DNA of 64,000 nucleotides from the NCBI GenBank assembly GCA_050015075.1, contig JBEKCB010000006.1:15811-79810 (forward strand), given 5' to 3'. Positions within the stretch are counted from its first letter, which is position 1; each line of letters starts with the position of its first letter. A model generated the notes under the pieces. That model searched no databases. It saw nothing but the letters and a program-made list of their open reading frames with translations, and was not told the DNA's origin. Of the stretch, positions 37,854-45,998 are shown piece by piece. This DNA comes from Candidatus Brocadiia bacterium. Its GTDB lineage: Bacteria > Planctomycetota > Brocadiia > CAIUPP01. The translations under genes were made by a program, and so were the position numbers.

Positions 37854-40100
37854 ATGTCAAGGATAGCCGCCTTCACCGCTTTGTTGATCCTGCTTGCGCC
37901 CTCGGCGCTGTTCGCGCAGACGCCTGAAGGCCCGGGCACGTGGGCCTTTCAGCCGGCTCGGGACGAGTTCCGGCCCGATGCGTTGCTGGACCTGCGCTCG
38001 CTCAACGAGAAACAGGCCGGCGAATCGGGGTTCGTGAAGGTGGATGCCAACGGCGATTTCGTCCTCGGCAACGGCGACCCGGTGCGGTTCTGGGCGGTCA
38101 ATACGAACGTCGGGCGCGATAAGCCGTTCCACGCCCGGCCGCTCTGGTCGGAGGCCGAGCCGGACCTGGCGCATCACGCCCGGTTCCTGGCCAAGCGCGG
38201 CGTGAACATGGTCCGGTTGCACGCGCACCTCGACCCCGGGCCCAAGGGCAAGCTGACGGAGTTCGATCGGGCCGAGCGCGACTGGATCTGGCGGGCAGTC
38301 GCCGCGATGAAGAAAGAGGGCATCTACGCGACCATCTCGCCGTTCTGGGCTGAGGGCTCCAGCGTCGGCCCGAGCTGGGGCATTCCCGGCGTGACGAAGG
38401 AGCAGAGCGCCGCCAGCCTGCTCTTCTTCGACCCGACGATGCAGGAAGGTTACCGGGCCTGGCTGAAAGCCCTCTACGCCGAGACGAACCCTTACACCGG
38501 CATCCCGCTGGCGAAGGACCCGGCGGTCGCGATCATCCAGCTTCAGAATGAGGACAGCCTGCTGTTCTGGACGTTCAACAGCATCCAGGGCGAGCAGCGG
38601 CGACGGCTCTCCAGGCTGTTCGGCGATTTCCTCAAGAGCAAATACGGCTCGCTGGACAAGGCGAAGCCGGCGTGGGGCGGCGCCGACAACAAGGATGACG
38701 ACCTCGCCGACGGCGTCGTCGCGCTGGACAATATCTGGGAACTGACCCAGGAGCGCAGCGGCGCGCGGGCCCGGCGGCTGGCCGATATGACCGAGTTCCT
38801 CAGCCGGACGATGGACGACTTCAACCGGAAGATGGAGAAATTCCTCCGCGAGGAACTCGGCTGCAAACAGCTCATCAACGCGGGCAACTGGCAAACGGCC
38901 GACATGGTCAAGCTCAACGATGCGGAGCGGTGGAGCTATACGGCCAACCAGGTGCTGGCGGTCAACCGCTATTTCGACGGGATTCATATCGGCAAAAACA
39001 ACGGCTGGGCGATCGAAAACGGAGACCAGTTCACGTCGCCCTCGGTGCTCCTCGAGCCGAGGCAACTGCCGGTCAGCCTCAAGCTGGTCAAGGGATTCCC
39101 GATGATGGTCACCGAGTCCGCCTGGGTCATGCCGGACGCGCACGCGAGCGAGGGGCCGTTCCTGGTGGCGGCTTACCAGTCGCTGTCCGGCGTGGACGCC
39201 TACTTCTGGTTCGCCACCGACACCGACGAATGGACTCCGCCGCAGTCGGCCAACGGCTACATGCCGTCGCAGGGCAAATGGCTGTTCGCCAACCCGGACA
39301 TGCTGGGCGGTTTCCCGGCGGCCGCGTTGATGTATCGCATGGGCTACGTTCGCCGCGGAGAGCCGGTGGTGCACGAGGAGCGGTCGCTGGAGAACATTTT
39401 CCAGCGGCGCGACCCGATCATCGCGGAAGGCGCCGGGTTCGATCCCAACCGCAACTCCGGGAACATCGCCCCGGACTCGTCGGTCAAGGGAGGCGTCAAC
39501 CCGCTGGCATTCCTGGCCGGCCGGGTGGAAGTCGTCTATGGCGGGCAGCCGCAGGCCAGCAAGGTGGCCGATCTGAAGCCGTTCATTGACGAACCGAACA
39601 AGGAAGTGCGCAGCGTCACCGGCGAGCTGACGTTCAACTACGGCAAGGGCTTCTGCCTGCTGAACGCGCCGAAAGCCCAGGGCGTCGCGGCGTTCTTCAA
39701 GAACCGGAAGGACTTCAAGACTGACGACGTCGAGATCGCCTCCGACAACGATTACGGAACCGTGCTCGTCGTCTCGATGGACGACAAGCCGATCCGCGAA
39801 TCCGGCAAGCTGCTCGTGCAGACGACGACGCAGTGCCGGCCGACCGGCTGGCGGGAGAAACCGGTCACGATCAAAGTGAAAGAAGGCACTTTCCCCGGCT
39901 TCGAGGTCGTCAATTTCGGCAAGGCGCCCTGGCAGGTGACGCGAGCCCGAGTCACGCTGACCATCCACAACCCCAGCCTGGCCAAGGCGACGGTGCTTGA
40001 CGCCAACGGCAATGCCGCCGGGGAAGCCAAGTTGGAGAGACGAGGCGACGAGGTCGAGTTCAGGTTTCCGGAAAACGCCTTGTACGTCATCCTCCAATGA
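37854..40100 (+). CDS. secreted glycoside-hydrolase-like protein (clan GH-A TIM-barrel type)
   Basis: 748 aa. Signal peptide MSRIAAFTALLILLAPSALFAQ. GVNMVRLHAHL and AIIQLQNEDSL are candidate Asn-Glu acid/base motifs. Confidence 0.5.
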   Translation: MSRIAAFTALLILLAPSALFAQTPEGPGTWAFQPARDEFRPDALLDLRSLNEKQAGESGFVKVDANGDFVLGNGDPVRFWAVNTNVGRDKPFHARPLWSEAEPDLAHHARFLAKRGVNMVRLHAHLDPGPKGKLTEFDRAERDWIWRAVAAMKKEGIYATISPFWAEGSSVGPSWGIPGVTKEQSAASLLFFDPTMQEGYRAWLKALYAETNPYTGIPLAKDPAVAIIQLQNEDSLLFWTFNSIQGEQRRRLSRLFGDFLKSKYGSLDKAKPAWGGADNKDDDLADGVVALDNIWELTQERSGARARRLADMTEFLSRTMDDFNRKMEKFLREELGCKQLINAGNWQTADMVKLNDAERWSYTANQVLAVNRYFDGIHIGKNNGWAIENGDQFTSPSVLLEPRQLPVSLKLVKGFPMMVTESAWVMPDAHASEGPFLVAAYQSLSGVDAYFWFATDTDEWTPPQSANGYMPSQGKWLFANPDMLGGFPAAALMYRMGYVRRGEPVVHEERSLENIFQRRDPIIAEGAGFDPNRNSGNIAPDSSVKGGVNPLAFLAGRVEVVYGGQPQASKVADLKPFIDEPNKEVRSVTGELTFNYGKGFCLLNAPKAQGVAAFFKNRKDFKTDDVEIASDNDYGTVLVVSMDDKPIRESGKLLVQTTTQCRPTGWREKPVTIKVKEGTFPGFEVVNFGKAPWQVTRARVTLTIHNPSLAKATVLDANGNAAGEAKLERRGDEVEFRFPENALYVILQ

Positions 40101-40186
40101 CGGACCGTCTCGAAGATTCAGTTGGCATGTTCGGGAATGCCATGAAATGACTTGAAGTGGCTGTGCATCCGGATTATGCTGATGAG

Positions 40187-40396
40187 ATGCCTGCAATGAA
40201 GAAAGAATACGACTTCTCAAAGGGCCAACGCGGCAAGTTCTGCCGGCGTGACGCACGCTTCAATCTGCCAATCTATCTTGAAAAGGACGTGCGCAAATTC
40301 GTCGAGGGGATTGCAGGCAAGAAGAAGCGGGACGTATCCACGGTCGTAAACGACCTTCTCAAGTCGGACATGCGGCTTGCGAAAGCCATAAAGTGA
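40187..40396 (+). CDS. orphan RHH/CopG(BrnA)-like antitoxin-type protein
   Basis: MPAMKKEYDFSKGQRGKFCRRD...IYLEKDVRKFVEGIAGKKKRDVSTVVNDLLK is a pattern typical of small antitoxins. No cognate toxin ORF is adjacent. Confidence 0.45.
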   Translation: MPAMKKEYDFSKGQRGKFCRRDARFNLPIYLEKDVRKFVEGIAGKKKRDVSTVVNDLLKSDMRLAKAIK

Positions 40397-40492
40397 GATG
40401 GTCGCGGGCACCCGCTCTTCGCAGCTCCGCTGCTTCGGCGGGCGGAGAAGAGTCGGGCTGGGTATGATGTTCATGCAGAGGAAGGCTGAGAC

Positions 40493-40759
40493 ATGGGCAA
40501 GCAGTATCAGGAATTTGCGATCAACTACTATCAGGACGCAGACGGCATTTTCACCGCCCAGGTTCCCGCCATTCGCGGCTGCGTAGCTTCAGGGAGGACG
40601 CTTGAGGAAGCCTACCGGAATGCGGCGGATGCCATCGAGAGTTGCCTGGAGGCGCGCGCCAAAGTGGCGGCAACGGCCCCGCTGTCCATGCTAGTCCCGA
40701 GCGCCCTCCTCGTTGGCCCGCAACCTTTCAAGAATCATCGCAGCAACTTCAGGCGCTGA
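40493..40759 (+). CDS. HicB-family antitoxin-like protein, C-terminus apparently replaced or truncated
   Basis: The N-terminal 60 aa YQEFAINYYQDADGIFTAQVPAIRGCVASGRTLEEAYRNAADAIESCLE form the HicB N-domain pattern. The last roughly 23 codons overlap the convergent TIR gene 3' end and look non-native. There is no hicA upstream. Confidence 0.5.
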   Translation: MGKQYQEFAINYYQDADGIFTAQVPAIRGCVASGRTLEEAYRNAADAIESCLEARAKVAATAPLSMLVPSALLVGPQPFKNHRSNFRR

Positions 40760-41683
40760 AAATTGTTGGATGTCAATATAACCGTCAATTCCGTATAGGC
40801 CATCTATTTGCGCTTCGTCAAAGCGGAAGAACATAATGGCAGAACTCTCACGTTTCTTCATCAGGTCTCGGATAGGCCGCCACTCAAGCCCACACCATTC
40901 TTTCTTTTGATAATCGGCACAAAGGAACACGGCTATCAACTCAGATTGCTCGTGGTATAGACGCTGTAAGTACGTGTCGAGATTAGGGCGCGCAAACTCC
41001 GGTTTGTGATATTTATCGTAAAGGATCCGTTTCCTTCCCAATACTCTACCAAGGTCTTCCGCGACCATCTGCACGAAAGCGCGCCGCTCGCCGGGAAAGG
41101 ATAGACCGACTGCAAATCTCTTTCTCTGCTTGGCATCCTCTTTGCACGACGCTGGCGCTACAGCGGCCGGCGGCGTTACGCATGGCGAAGGCGCGACGGC
41201 TTCGCGTTCACGAAGCGCCTTACTGAACTCCCGTAAATTTTCCAGAATCGGGCCGGCCTGGGCTGTAGGCTTTGGTAGTATGCCGAGTTCTCTCCGAATC
41301 CCTGGCTCCCAATCAGCCGCCCGCCGATAATCCGAAGCGAGAAGCGAAAGCCCGCAAAAAAAATCTTCAATGTCGGAAGTCCCAGATTCCCCCCTCACAC
41401 AAGCAAGAACCTTATCCAATTGGCGTTGCGCTCGCGTCCGCCGCACCTCGTCCATATCATCTTCACTGACAACGCTGTACTCAGCCGCCGGAAGGCAGCT
41501 ATGTCTAGGTTCTTCTTTGAAGTGTGTTGCCAAGCGGTCGGCGATGGCCTTGGAATCGGTAACATAGAAGACGTGGGGCATTCCAGGGATGTCGGGAACC
41601 TTATCCATGCCTCTTCCCTGCATCTGGGGAACCGGCGAACAGGCTATGAGGAGGTATCGCCCGGCGCTCCTTTCCTTGCTCAT
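40691..41683 (-). CDS. protein with an unknown N-terminal domain and a C-terminal TIR domain
   Basis: ATG 41683 overlaps the upstream TGA (ATGA at 41680-41683); the track's 76-codon extension is rejected. The C-terminal roughly 140 aa are FAVGLSFPGERRAFVQMVAEDL...ILYDKY...LIAVFLCADYQKKEWCGLEWRPI. This is the bacterial TIR pattern, including the WC..E glutamate. This part of the gene is visibly more A+T-rich than its surroundings. Confidence 0.7.
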   Translation of the reverse strand: MSKERSAGRYLLIACSPVPQMQGRGMDKVPDIPGMPHVFYVTDSKAIADRLATHFKEEPRHSCLPAAEYSVVSEDDMDEVRRTRAQRQLDKVLACVRGESGTSDIEDFFCGLSLLASDYRRAADWEPGIRRELGILPKPTAQAGPILENLREFSKALREREAVAPSPCVTPPAAVAPASCKEDAKQRKRFAVGLSFPGERRAFVQMVAEDLGRVLGRKRILYDKYHKPEFARPNLDTYLQRLYHEQSELIAVFLCADYQKKEWCGLEWRPIRDLMKKRESSAIMFFRFDEAQIDGLYGIDGYIDIQQFSAPEVAAMILERLRANEEGARD

Positions 41684-44600
41684 GCCTTCGCCCCCGCTTC
41701 GGCTACGCCCGGCCAAGCGTAAGCGTGGCTCTTGGCAATCGTGTAGTTGGCGTCCAGCGTCGGTTGCAGAAGGACGATCCGCGCCAGCCGGCGCGCCATC
41801 GCGGTCACTTCGCGGGCTTCTTCGGCCTTCAACGCGCGGCCGAGCAATTCCTGTTCGCGGTAGCTGAGCCACTTCTTGATAACCTGATACCCGCCGATGT
41901 AATACTCCCACACTTTCGCGGGGATGTTCTTCCAGTAGGCTACGTCATTCAGGTACACGTCTGTTGTGTCCGCGCCCAACAGCGCAATGGCCTTGCTCAG
42001 TGAAAGCCCGCGCGCTTCGGCGGCGTTGCGCAACGCTTCCAATTCGGCCTTGTCATACGGACGTTGCACAATCCGCCCCTTGGCCGGCATGGTGACACCT
42101 TCCTTGCCCGCGTGCCCCCAACCGGCGGTTACGGCGAGGTCCGCCGCGTCCGGGTCCAAATTGCCGCCGCCCACTTTCGTCAGTAAGCCTACGGTTCGGA
42201 AGATCGGCTCCAACTTGCCGGACGTGACGCCTGTTACTTCGGCTTCGGTATCGAGCAACGCCGCCAATTGCCGGCCCAAGGCGGCGGACGCTTCCAGCGT
42301 CTTGCGCGAATCGGGAAGCGGAATGCGCGGCCAGTCGCGCCGGATTCCGTCGGCGTTTTCGGCTAGGTACGCCGGGCTGTATCCCACGGCCAGGGCGTGA
42401 AGCCAGATTGTACCTGCCGCGTCCGCGCCGGCGTCAGGGTCATTGATTCCCAATCCGGCCAGGTACGCGCGCGCGGCGGAGGAAAGATTCGCCGTCGGCT
42501 CGGAAGGCCCACTTGCATCATGGAATAGTCCCTTTGCTCTCCCGGCCTCCTTCTGCAAGCGGATCGGCACGAAATAAGCGTCTGTGTGCAGAACGTGTTG
42601 GTCGGCGATATGGCCAACCAAGTGGAAAGTCGCGCCATCCGGCGCCTTCGCCGCGTGGCAGCGGATCAGAAGAAACCTGTTTCCATGCCACGCTTGAGCC
42701 AGAAGTTCCGGGCGCACGCGGTTCCACAAGTTAGCGATTCGCTCAATATACGCCCACCGCAGGTCAAATGGTTTGAAAAGAAAACGCGCGATGTTGCTGT
42801 CCCGGAATCCGCTCGCGGTCAACAATCGCTTGCGAACATCGGCCGCGCAGAATCCGGCCGCATCGGTTGTCAGCCCGGCGTGTAGGCGGGCAACATCTTC
42901 AAGTGCAACATTGGCGGCATAGTATGCCTTCATCCGGTCCGCAATGGTTTCTTTCTCAATTGCGTGAGTTCCTTGCTTCCTGTTATCATTCAATCCAAGC
43001 AAAGGTTCAGCTTCCGCCAACTCTACAACGGCGGGCCACGCCAAGTATCCTGTTGCGGTTTCGATTGGGCGGAATGAATAGGCATTCTCATTACGTGGCT
43101 CGGCTTGCGTGTAGGCTGCATCAAATCGCTTAGCGTCCAAGGTGGCAAGTAGCTGGTGACGACGTTCTTCGGCTTTTGCCGCTTCCACGTCGTTTCGGAA
43201 AAGGACTTGCGCCTGCCCGCCAGCCTTGCGCGGCTTGCCGGTCTTGACCCATAGCGACGTTGCTACCCCCTGTTGTATGCCAGAAGAAAAGCCTCGAATC
43301 GCAAAGACGGTTTCACTCGTGCGTCCGTCCGAAGCGTACTCGGAAATCCTGCGGTCGCCGTGAAGGTTCTCAATCCAGAAGCGGTCGAAGGAATCCAGCA
43401 GGTGCTTGCGAAGGACCACAAACGACGGCTCACCCGTCCAAGATTGATTAGAGATGAAGGACACAACGCCCTTGCCACTCATCTCAGCAATGCGCCTCTC
43501 GGCCAGGCGGAAGAAGCGAACGTACAAGTCGTCAAGGTAGTTCTTCGTTATCCCCCATTCCTTCAATCCCGCCTTGTACGGTTCAATCAGTCTTGCTTCT
43601 TCATCAAGTGCGACGCCTGCGAAACCGTTATATGGCGGGTTGCCCAGGACAACGAGTATCTTCCTGTCGCGCTTGACGTGTTCGGCGGCATCCTTTTCCT
43701 GTTGCAGTTCTTCCATGAACCCCAAGACAGTTTGCTTCGGCTCCTTGGGCGGTTCCCAGCCGGTCAGGGCATTGGTCAGGTACACACCGACGCGTTCATT
43801 GCTCTTGGCGGAGAGCGGAACGCCGAGTCTGTGAAGCAGCAATCCCAATTGCAAGTGCGATACGACGAAGGGTGCGGGGAGAATCTCAAAGCCGAATACC
43901 CGCGTCATGGCGGCCTTCTTCAAGTCCGAAGCAATCAGGGCGTCGCCGCCCTTGGCCTTCAGCGTTTCGGCAATCTTCTTCAGCACTTCCACCAGGTACG
44001 CCGCAGTGCCGCAACAGGGGTCTAGCACGACAACGTTGGGATCGGCCAAGCCGTCGGCCAGGCCCAATTCTTCGCGCAGGACGGTATCCACGCGAGCGAC
44101 CTGGTATTGCACGATTTCGGGCGGCGTAAACCATACGCCCAATTCCTTCCGCAACTCCGGGTCGAAAGCTTCAAGGAACGGCTCATAGAAATACTGGACG
44201 GCATGTTCGCCCTGAAACTTCTGGAAGAAGACGGCGCGGTCCACGCGGTTCAAGGCCCCGGTTGTCCAGTCCAGGACTTCCACAAGCTCCAGGTCGCCCA
44301 ACTTTCTGGGCGTGGCGATCTGTTCATACAGGGCGCGGATGAAGGGGACGCGCAAGGAAAAAGCGCTCTCATGCCAGTTGAAGGCGTCTTCGCGCTCCGG
44401 GCGCTCCCTATGCCAGAGCACCCAGGCCGAAAAGACGCCGTAGAAGATCGTCTGAACCAATGTTGAGCGGAAGAAATGCGCGCCCTTTTCCCCTGTGAAC
44501 TTCATTCCCAGGGCTTCTTCAAGCGCGCCGCGCACGGCGTCCAGGGCGGACAAGTCCTTGTGGTTTTCGACGCGGGCCCTGGCGTCGCGCGCGTAGGAAG

Positions 44601-45249
44601 CCAGAAACCAGGCCAGGTCTTGCGGGGCGGACAGGGGCGCGACGGACAGCATAACGCGCTTCAGGTATTCGCAGAAACGCGCGCCTTGCGCGGCTTCCTT
44701 TTGAGCGTCCTTTTCCTCCGCTGCTTTGCGCGGCTGTGCAGCCAATTTCCAAAAAGCCGACGCAGACTCGGCCAGCGTGAAGCGTTCCGCTGGAAGCGGA
44801 TTACTTTGAGCGTCTCGCCCAAGCAACAGGAAATCGCGGTAATTCGTCACGAGTACAACGCCGTACTTCGCGGAGTACCGCTTGACCTGTTCGCTTTCGG
44901 CAACCTTCGTCACGTCCTCGGCCGGGCCTTTGACTTCCACCACGCCACGGGCGGGAAGTTGGCCTTGCATCCCCGGCGCGGTACTCCGCGCCATTGGGTT
45001 TGGATCATTCTTGCGAATCTGGTCCGCCGTGAAAAGGCCGAAGTCCGGTAAGCCCGCGCCCGAATCAGCCGGCGTCTGGACGCAGCGGACCTTGGGCTTG
45101 AGGGTCTTGCCGATTTCGTCCAACAGATTCGACAAGGCAGGATAATATGACGTTTCGTCGGTAGCGGCCCCGGTATCGTGAATGTCGCGCATGTGCTTCA
45201 GGTAGGCTTCAAGCGGATTCGTCACGGCGTTGCACCCTCGCGTCTGCAA
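41680..45249 (-). CDS. large single-chain N6-adenine DNA methyltransferase of MmeI/Type IIL - Type ISP-like architecture (PD-(D/E)xK-like N-terminus, gamma-class MTase, Type-ISP-like C-terminal domain)
   Basis: 1189 aa. N-terminal GLPDFGLF...GVVEVKGP is a candidate D...ExK nuclease motif. SAM motif I is VVVLDPCCGTAAYLVEVL and motif IV is VVLGNPPYNGF. The C-terminal VWEYYIGGYQVIKKWLSYREQELLGRAL resembles the Type ISP C-terminal domain. I saw no Walker A or helicase motifs. Confidence 0.75.
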   Translation of the reverse strand: MQTRGCNAVTNPLEAYLKHMRDIHDTGAATDETSYYPALSNLLDEIGKTLKPKVRCVQTPADSGAGLPDFGLFTADQIRKNDPNPMARSTAPGMQGQLPARGVVEVKGPAEDVTKVAESEQVKRYSAKYGVVLVTNYRDFLLLGRDAQSNPLPAERFTLAESASAFWKLAAQPRKAAEEKDAQKEAAQGARFCEYLKRVMLSVAPLSAPQDLAWFLASYARDARARVENHKDLSALDAVRGALEEALGMKFTGEKGAHFFRSTLVQTIFYGVFSAWVLWHRERPEREDAFNWHESAFSLRVPFIRALYEQIATPRKLGDLELVEVLDWTTGALNRVDRAVFFQKFQGEHAVQYFYEPFLEAFDPELRKELGVWFTPPEIVQYQVARVDTVLREELGLADGLADPNVVVLDPCCGTAAYLVEVLKKIAETLKAKGGDALIASDLKKAAMTRVFGFEILPAPFVVSHLQLGLLLHRLGVPLSAKSNERVGVYLTNALTGWEPPKEPKQTVLGFMEELQQEKDAAEHVKRDRKILVVLGNPPYNGFAGVALDEEARLIEPYKAGLKEWGITKNYLDDLYVRFFRLAERRIAEMSGKGVVSFISNQSWTGEPSFVVLRKHLLDSFDRFWIENLHGDRRISEYASDGRTSETVFAIRGFSSGIQQGVATSLWVKTGKPRKAGGQAQVLFRNDVEAAKAEERRHQLLATLDAKRFDAAYTQAEPRNENAYSFRPIETATGYLAWPAVVELAEAEPLLGLNDNRKQGTHAIEKETIADRMKAYYAANVALEDVARLHAGLTTDAAGFCAADVRKRLLTASGFRDSNIARFLFKPFDLRWAYIERIANLWNRVRPELLAQAWHGNRFLLIRCHAAKAPDGATFHLVGHIADQHVLHTDAYFVPIRLQKEAGRAKGLFHDASGPSEPTANLSSAARAYLAGLGINDPDAGADAAGTIWLHALAVGYSPAYLAENADGIRRDWPRIPLPDSRKTLEASAALGRQLAALLDTEAEVTGVTSGKLEPIFRTVGLLTKVGGGNLDPDAADLAVTAGWGHAGKEGVTMPAKGRIVQRPYDKAELEALRNAAEARGLSLSKAIALLGADTTDVYLNDVAYWKNIPAKVWEYYIGGYQVIKKWLSYREQELLGRALKAEEAREVTAMARRLARIVLLQPTLDANYTIAKSHAYAWPGVAEAGAKA

Positions 45250-45385
45250 CCTCGCGTGAAAAGCAGGCGGGGCGGAAAGCCGTGCGAGTTCCGACGGATC
45301 GGGTCGCGTTCCCTATCCGCCCCGTGTGAGGATTCTACAATTCCCCGCCCGAAAATGCTACCCGGCGTCAAGAGACAGGGCATGT

Positions 45386-45767
45386 TCCGGGGAAACCCTA
45401 TTTCCTCCGCCTTCGCATGCCGCGAAAACGAGGCCTGGGCGATTGTCCCAGGCTGATACACGCGATTGGATTCGTTTTTTCAGATGGACTTGTCGCGCCA
45501 AGAGGTCGTTCGTCGGCCTTCGCGAAGCTGCGTCAATGGAGCGGGGATTTAGCGGCATGCGGGGGCCGATGCGGCATCATTCCGGCTCCTTACGGCGGCA
45601 TTACGACGGCATGAAAGCGGCATGGTTGTAGTCCGGGGAAATAAACCCTATTTGCTCCGCCTTCGCGTGATGGCGTCAATGAAGAGGGGATTTGGCGGCA
45701 TGCGGAGGCCGAGACGACATCATTCCGGCTCCTCACGGCGGCATGGCGACGGCATGAAAGCGGCATG
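45386..45767. repeat. tandem ~143-bp direct repeat (two tail copies, two head copies) rich in CGGCATG motifs
   Basis: Tails at 45516-45624 and 45659-45767: GCCTTCGCG..GCGTCAATG.AG.GGGATTT.GCGGCATGCGG.GGCCGA...CATCATTCCGGCTCCT.ACGGCGGCAT..CGACGGCATGAAAGCGGCATG. Heads TCCGGGGAAA..CCCTATTT.CTCCGCCTTCGC at 45386 and 45632. The array lies upstream of the methyltransferase start. Confidence 0.7.
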
Positions 45768-45885
45768 ACTATCAGAATGAGTCTGATTGTTCCACGTGAA
45801 ACAATTTATAACTTATCTTATGTTCCTGATCCTGCAATGGCGGACTGCGGGCTGTTGAAAAAGGCCATTGCCGCGTCTTCGCCGC

Positions 45886-45962
45886 GTCATTCCCGCGAAA
45901 GCGGGAATCCAGATCATTGCGCGGTGGGGCGAATTTTGGATTCCCGCTTTCGCGGGAATGAC
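45886..45962. repeat. MITE/REP-like inverted-repeat element (intact copy)
   Basis: GTCATTCCCGCGAAAGCGGGAATCCAG - 24 nt - TGGATTCCCGCTTTCGCGGGAATGAC. These are near-perfect terminal inverted repeats, and each arm is itself a hairpin. A second, degenerate copy lies at 15143..15232. Confidence 0.7.
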
Positions 45963-45998
45963 AAAGCGACTTTTATAGCGGCCCTACTGCCCGCCGCT

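Noticed and set aside
40691-41911. Longer 406-aa version of the TIR gene. The same issue applies to the extended versions of btuF (28966), btuD (30598), the PEP-CTERM gene (32229), the flippase-like gene (36262), GT4 (49270), the nucleoside hydrolase (53905) and PspC (54156).
   Set aside because: The extensions overlap the upstream gene or lack an SD. In-frame internal starts with good SDs or 4-bp stop/start overlaps give products that begin with proper signal peptides or domain N-termini.
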